From IMG/VR virus record IMGVR_UViG_3300045988_182483, positions 1 through 35,437 of that record: a stretch of 35,437 bases of DNA; one strand, given 5' to 3'. Every line of letters begins with the position of its first letter. Within the stretch, counting starts at the first letter, position 1. The notes beneath the pieces were generated by a model. The model was given only the letters and a program-made list of their open reading frames with translations. It made no database searches and had not been told where the DNA came from. This DNA comes from a virus. The translations under genes were made by a program, and so were the position numbers. Positions 32,753 to 35,437 of the stretch are shown here, piece after piece.

Positions 32753-32771
32753 TTTACATAATGATAATTAT
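32753..32771. promoter_or_regulatory. Second full copy of the 19-bp operator-like element (TTTACATAATGATAATTAT)
   Basis: Exact reverse complement of 32236-32254. Confidence 0.5.
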
Positions 32772-32810
32772 AAAACTAGGTTTCGGTCAAAGGGAACCTA
32801 GTTTTTTATT
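32772..32810 (+). terminator. Intrinsic terminator after the repressor gene
   Basis: AAAACTAGGTT-N12-AACCTAGTTTT followed by TTATT. Confidence 0.65.
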
Positions 32811-32859
32811 ATACTTACGCGCGTGCCCCTGTTCCCTCTAAATCTTTTAGGAAAATACT

Positions 32860-33552
32860 ATGAAAAATCCTGCCATTTGGCTTTCAATTTTTGGGGTTAT
32901 TTATGCCGCCTATAACAATGACTACGGTGATAATACTGTATGGATTGTTATTTGTCTTTTTATTTTTGCGTCCTCTATTGCATACAATTTCTATGTAAAG
33001 TTTCGCACGGAAGACGAGAAAGAGGACGAAATCCAATTTATATTAGACCGCCAAGAAGGATATATTGCCCGCACAATTCCTTGTTTGAATCTATTTTTTA
33101 ATATGTTTATGCATGATACTATGTTTAAGACTATTCTTTTTTATAAGGGAAAGGATAATGAAGTTCTGGTAAAACCTTATCTTGCAGATTTAACACCAGA
33201 GAAGATAGAACAAATAGTAAAGACGGTAAAAAATCTTGTACAACATTTTTTTGATACAAACTTTGAACTGCCGGAAAACTTCGTTCAGGCCTCGTTTAAT
33301 ACAATAGAAAGTGTCAAAACAGAAAAGTTTGAAACCCAAATGGAATTAATGGTCCTGCTTTCAAAGCCAGAGGTTCTGTTGCGTCCCAGACGCTACGATG
33401 TTCTTATGTTTCACAAAGCCGTCTTTATTGTTCAGTTTTTTAAGAATGGAAAAATCTTTACCGAGCGCACCTTTCACATAAAACCGAATACCACATACCG
33501 TGATGCGGTGCCCAACTCTACGAGGCAGCCAAATGCACAAACAAATAATTAG
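32860..33552 (+). CDS. Lysogeny-module membrane protein, 230 aa (2 N-terminal TM plus soluble domain), unknown function
   Basis: AIWLSIFGVIYAAY and VWIVICLFIFASSIAYNFYV. AT-rich gene between repressor and integrase. Confidence 0.6.
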   Translation: MKNPAIWLSIFGVIYAAYNNDYGDNTVWIVICLFIFASSIAYNFYVKFRTEDEKEDEIQFILDRQEGYIARTIPCLNLFFNMFMHDTMFKTILFYKGKDNEVLVKPYLADLTPEKIEQIVKTVKNLVQHFFDTNFELPENFVQASFNTIESVKTEKFETQMELMVLLSKPEVLLRPRRYDVLMFHKAVFIVQFFKNGKIFTERTFHIKPNTTYRDAVPNSTRQPNAQTNN

Positions 33553-33943
33553 TATTTTTTTAGTATTTTTAAGTTTTCCGCTGTTTGCCCAACAGCCTAG
33601 CAGTAATTTTTACAAGGTCCGCTTGGGCAAAGTGATAGACGGGGACACGTTCAAGGTATATTTGGCGTGTTCCTACAAACTTTTTTGTAAAAGTGTTTCC
33701 GTGCGCGTGCGCGGCATAGACACGCCGGAACTAACCAGTAAAGATTCCGCCCAAAAGGCCAAAGCCCAAGAAGCAAAAAATTTTACCCGTGATTTTTTAA
33801 CTGGGCATAAAATCACCCTCAAACGCTGCACACGCGGCAAATATTTCCGCTTCCTGTGTGATGTGTATGCGGACAACAAAAACCTTGCAGAAGCTCTTTT
33901 AGGCGCAGGTTTAGCCATTTCCTACAATGGAGGTAGCAAATAA
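33533..33943 (+). CDS. Secreted staphylococcal-nuclease (SNase/thermonuclease) family nuclease (start moved to MHKQIIS)
   Basis: Signal peptide MHKQIISIFLVFLSFPLFAQQ. VIDGDTFKV, VRVRGIDTPEL, GKYFRFLCDVYADNKNLAEALLGAGLA parallel SNase DGDT, [36 protein letters not shown] SD. Confidence 0.85.
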   Translation: MHKQIISIFLVFLSFPLFAQQPSSNFYKVRLGKVIDGDTFKVYLACSYKLFCKSVSVRVRGIDTPELTSKDSAQKAKAQEAKNFTRDFLTGHKITLKRCTRGKYFRFLCDVYADNKNLAEALLGAGLAISYNGGSK

Positions 33944-33945
33944 TT

Positions 33946-35127
33946 ATGCCGTCAAAACATATTAGTTCGTATAAAAAGCCCGGCCGCAACGGCCAGCGTT
34001 ATCGCAAACAAATCGGCAAACGCCGTTATGAAAAGTATTTTTATGGGAATAAGGAACAGCGGGAAGAACAATATAAAAAGTGGGTTGAAAAGTTGATTCG
34101 GGACAATAAGGACCGTCCCTTTGACGGCTCCAAAACATGGAATTTTTTTAAGGAAAAATTCCTCACTTACTTGCGCACCGCAAAAGATAAACGCTCCGGC
34201 CTGAATCTGTTTCGTCCGCGTACCATTTTGGAATACGGCTATGCCTTGGAACATTTCCAAACATTTATAAAACCCCATTATCTTAATGACCTTACTTACG
34301 AAGATATTGCCGCTTTCCGGCGGGAAACTAAAGCCAAGGCGGACAATGCCTCTACGGACTATTACGGAGTCAATAAAGATATGGGTTGCCTTATCCGCGC
34401 GTTTGAATGGGGAATGACGGAAGGCTACATTCCCGTGATTAGTTTGGATTCTCTCAAAAAACGCTTGGATGTCAGCAAAGTAGTGGTATCCGTATTACAA
34501 CCGTGGCAAATAGAATTGATTCTTAAATACAGCAACCCCAATATGCGCGTGGCGGCAAAAATGGGGTATTATGCCGGTTTACGGCCGGAGGAAGCATACA
34601 GCGTGTTGTTATCCAAAATAGATTTTAACACCGGCCTCGTGTGGATTTCCGCCAACGCGGCAGACAAAGAATCCGGCGTTGCCTTTTGGCGTGTCAAACG
34701 GGACAAAGACCGACCCGTCTACTTTCCGCCAGACTTACTGGCCGATATTCAAGCCTTAAAATCCGCCGGCCCCTATGTGTTAATGGATAACAGCAAACCA
34801 CCCAAGCCGTATAATGTAAACAATTTTTCAAAGGCTTGGTCGCAAAATTTGGCCCATGTGAACAAAATGATTATCCGCAACGAGGTCAACACGCCTAAAA
34901 TCACCTGCACATACAAGATATTTCGCAAAACGCATACAACCATGATGCTTAAAGTAGGCGCGCCGGAAAAGGATGCCTCGCTGTATGTAGGCCATGCAGA
35001 CACGCAAGTGACGGAAGAACACTACTTAGACCCCAAAGTGCTAAAAGCACAGCAGGAAACTAAACAAATGGAGCATTTAGAAAAGGTAAAAAAATATCTA
35101 TCAAAACTGCCCGGAACACTCAAATAA
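33946..35127 (+). CDS. int: Tyrosine integrase
   Basis: C-terminal FRKTHTTMMLKVG...LYVGHADTQVTEEHYL (H-x-x-R-type/His/Tyr region). GLRPEEAYSV Arg box. Position at the end of the lysogeny module. Confidence 0.85.
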   Translation: MPSKHISSYKKPGRNGQRYRKQIGKRRYEKYFYGNKEQREEQYKKWVEKLIRDNKDRPFDGSKTWNFFKEKFLTYLRTAKDKRSGLNLFRPRTILEYGYALEHFQTFIKPHYLNDLTYEDIAAFRRETKAKADNASTDYYGVNKDMGCLIRAFEWGMTEGYIPVISLDSLKKRLDVSKVVVSVLQPWQIELILKYSNPNMRVAAKMGYYAGLRPEEAYSVLLSKIDFNTGLVWISANAADKESGVAFWRVKRDKDRPVYFPPDLLADIQALKSAGPYVLMDNSKPPKPYNVNNFSKAWSQNLAHVNKMIIRNEVNTPKITCTYKIFRKTHTTMMLKVGAPEKDASLYVGHADTQVTEEHYLDPKVLKAQQETKQMEHLEKVKKYLSKLPGTLK

Positions 35128-35318
35128 TAGTGTCCCCCATTTTTTTATTACTGTCCCCCACTTTCAGCAAAACAGCAGTCCCCCACGCAAGCCCCCACTT
35201 GGGGGCTTAAAAAGGCCGAATGAGGGTTAATACACCTTACTACAAATTATTGGAGTTCTCGTCGTTAGAACACAAAAAAAGAGCCTGTTTCGTCACAAAA
35301 ACAGGCTCTCGTCAATCC
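35128..35318. promoter_or_regulatory. attP-like region: same-orientation (G/T)CCCCCA repeats plus hairpins
   Basis: CCCCCA at 35134, 35155, 35180 and 35192, and across the junction at 37-42 and 49-54. Hairpin AAGCCCCC-ACTT-GGGGGCTT at 35189-35208. Confidence 0.4.
35274..35308 (-). terminator. Intrinsic terminator closing the late operon (reached across the genome junction)
   Basis: Minus strand reads GAGCCTGTTT-ttgtgacg-AAACAGGCTC-TTTTTTT. Confidence 0.75.
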
Positions 35319-35437
35319 ACGGAGAGGGAGGCCGTAGTGGTGCCGACGATAGCGCCCCCATTTTTGCCCCCATATTAAGAACATTTACACCACAGTTTTA
35401 TATGTTCAATATCATACATTTTTCGCATAGCATACTC
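35319..35437. repeat. Right copy of exact 119-bp terminal direct repeat
   Basis: Identical to 1-119. Confidence 0.97.

Larger units (their letters stand above)
1..35318. mobile_element. Complete temperate podovirus-like phage genome (one unit; the rest of the window is the duplicated end)
   Basis: Exact terminal duplication closes the sequence. Full set of packaging, head, T7-like portal/adaptor/nozzle, fibre, lysis, replication, repressor and integrase genes. Confidence 0.85.

Noticed and set aside
35189-35208. Hairpin AAGCCCCC-ACTT-GGGGGCTT as the integrase terminator
   Set aside because: It is followed by AAAAAGG rather than a T-run on the plus strand and has no T-run on the minus strand. 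Kept only as part of the attP-like repeat region.
1-35437. Stop-codon recoding, tRNA genes, rRNA genes, transposases or IS elements
   Set aside because: All large genes are open in the standard code. I saw no cloverleaf with a GTTCxAxxC T-loop in the intergenic regions, and no transposase-like ORFs or terminal inverted repeats other than the operator-like elements.

Overview
The window is one complete phage genome. Bases 1-119 are repeated exactly at 35319-35437, so the unit is 35,318 bp, closed or terminally redundant. It reads as a temperate podovirus of a Gram-negative (diderm), probably anaerobic host.

Genome layout:
- Late operon (minus strand, about 27.25 kb down to 57, tightly packed with many ATGA/TAATG couplings): TerS, TerL, T7 gp11-like adaptor, scaffold, major capsid, small head protein, gp12-like nozzle, T7 gp8-like portal, four internal-virion proteins, three tail-fibre/receptor-binding proteins, and a lysis cassette with overlapping spanins. 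It ends with a two-gene Cys-rich/glycyl-radical-like module and a clear terminator.
- Early operon (minus strand, 31.97 to 28.1 kb): a Cro-position HTH protein, many micro-ORFs, two Lar-like zinc-ribbon proteins, a replication initiator with internal iterons, and a zinc-ribbon protein. A self-promoted HigBA-like toxin-antitoxin pair follows.
- Lysogeny module (plus strand, 32.3-35.1 kb, visibly AT-rich): a cI-like repressor, a 2-TM protein, a secreted SNase-family nuclease and a tyrosine integrase. A CCCCCA-repeat attP-like region follows.

Most striking is a 2,977-aa ORF in the internal-virion block, about a quarter of the genome. It looks like a polyvalent, virion-delivered effector with two HExxH zincin motifs. 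It also carries an AT-rich module cassette bounded by a perfect in-frame 36-bp direct repeat spaced exactly 720 bp.

No tRNA, rRNA, CRISPR array, reverse transcriptase or stop-codon recoding was seen. All functional calls come from motif recognition by eye and gene context. No database search was run.
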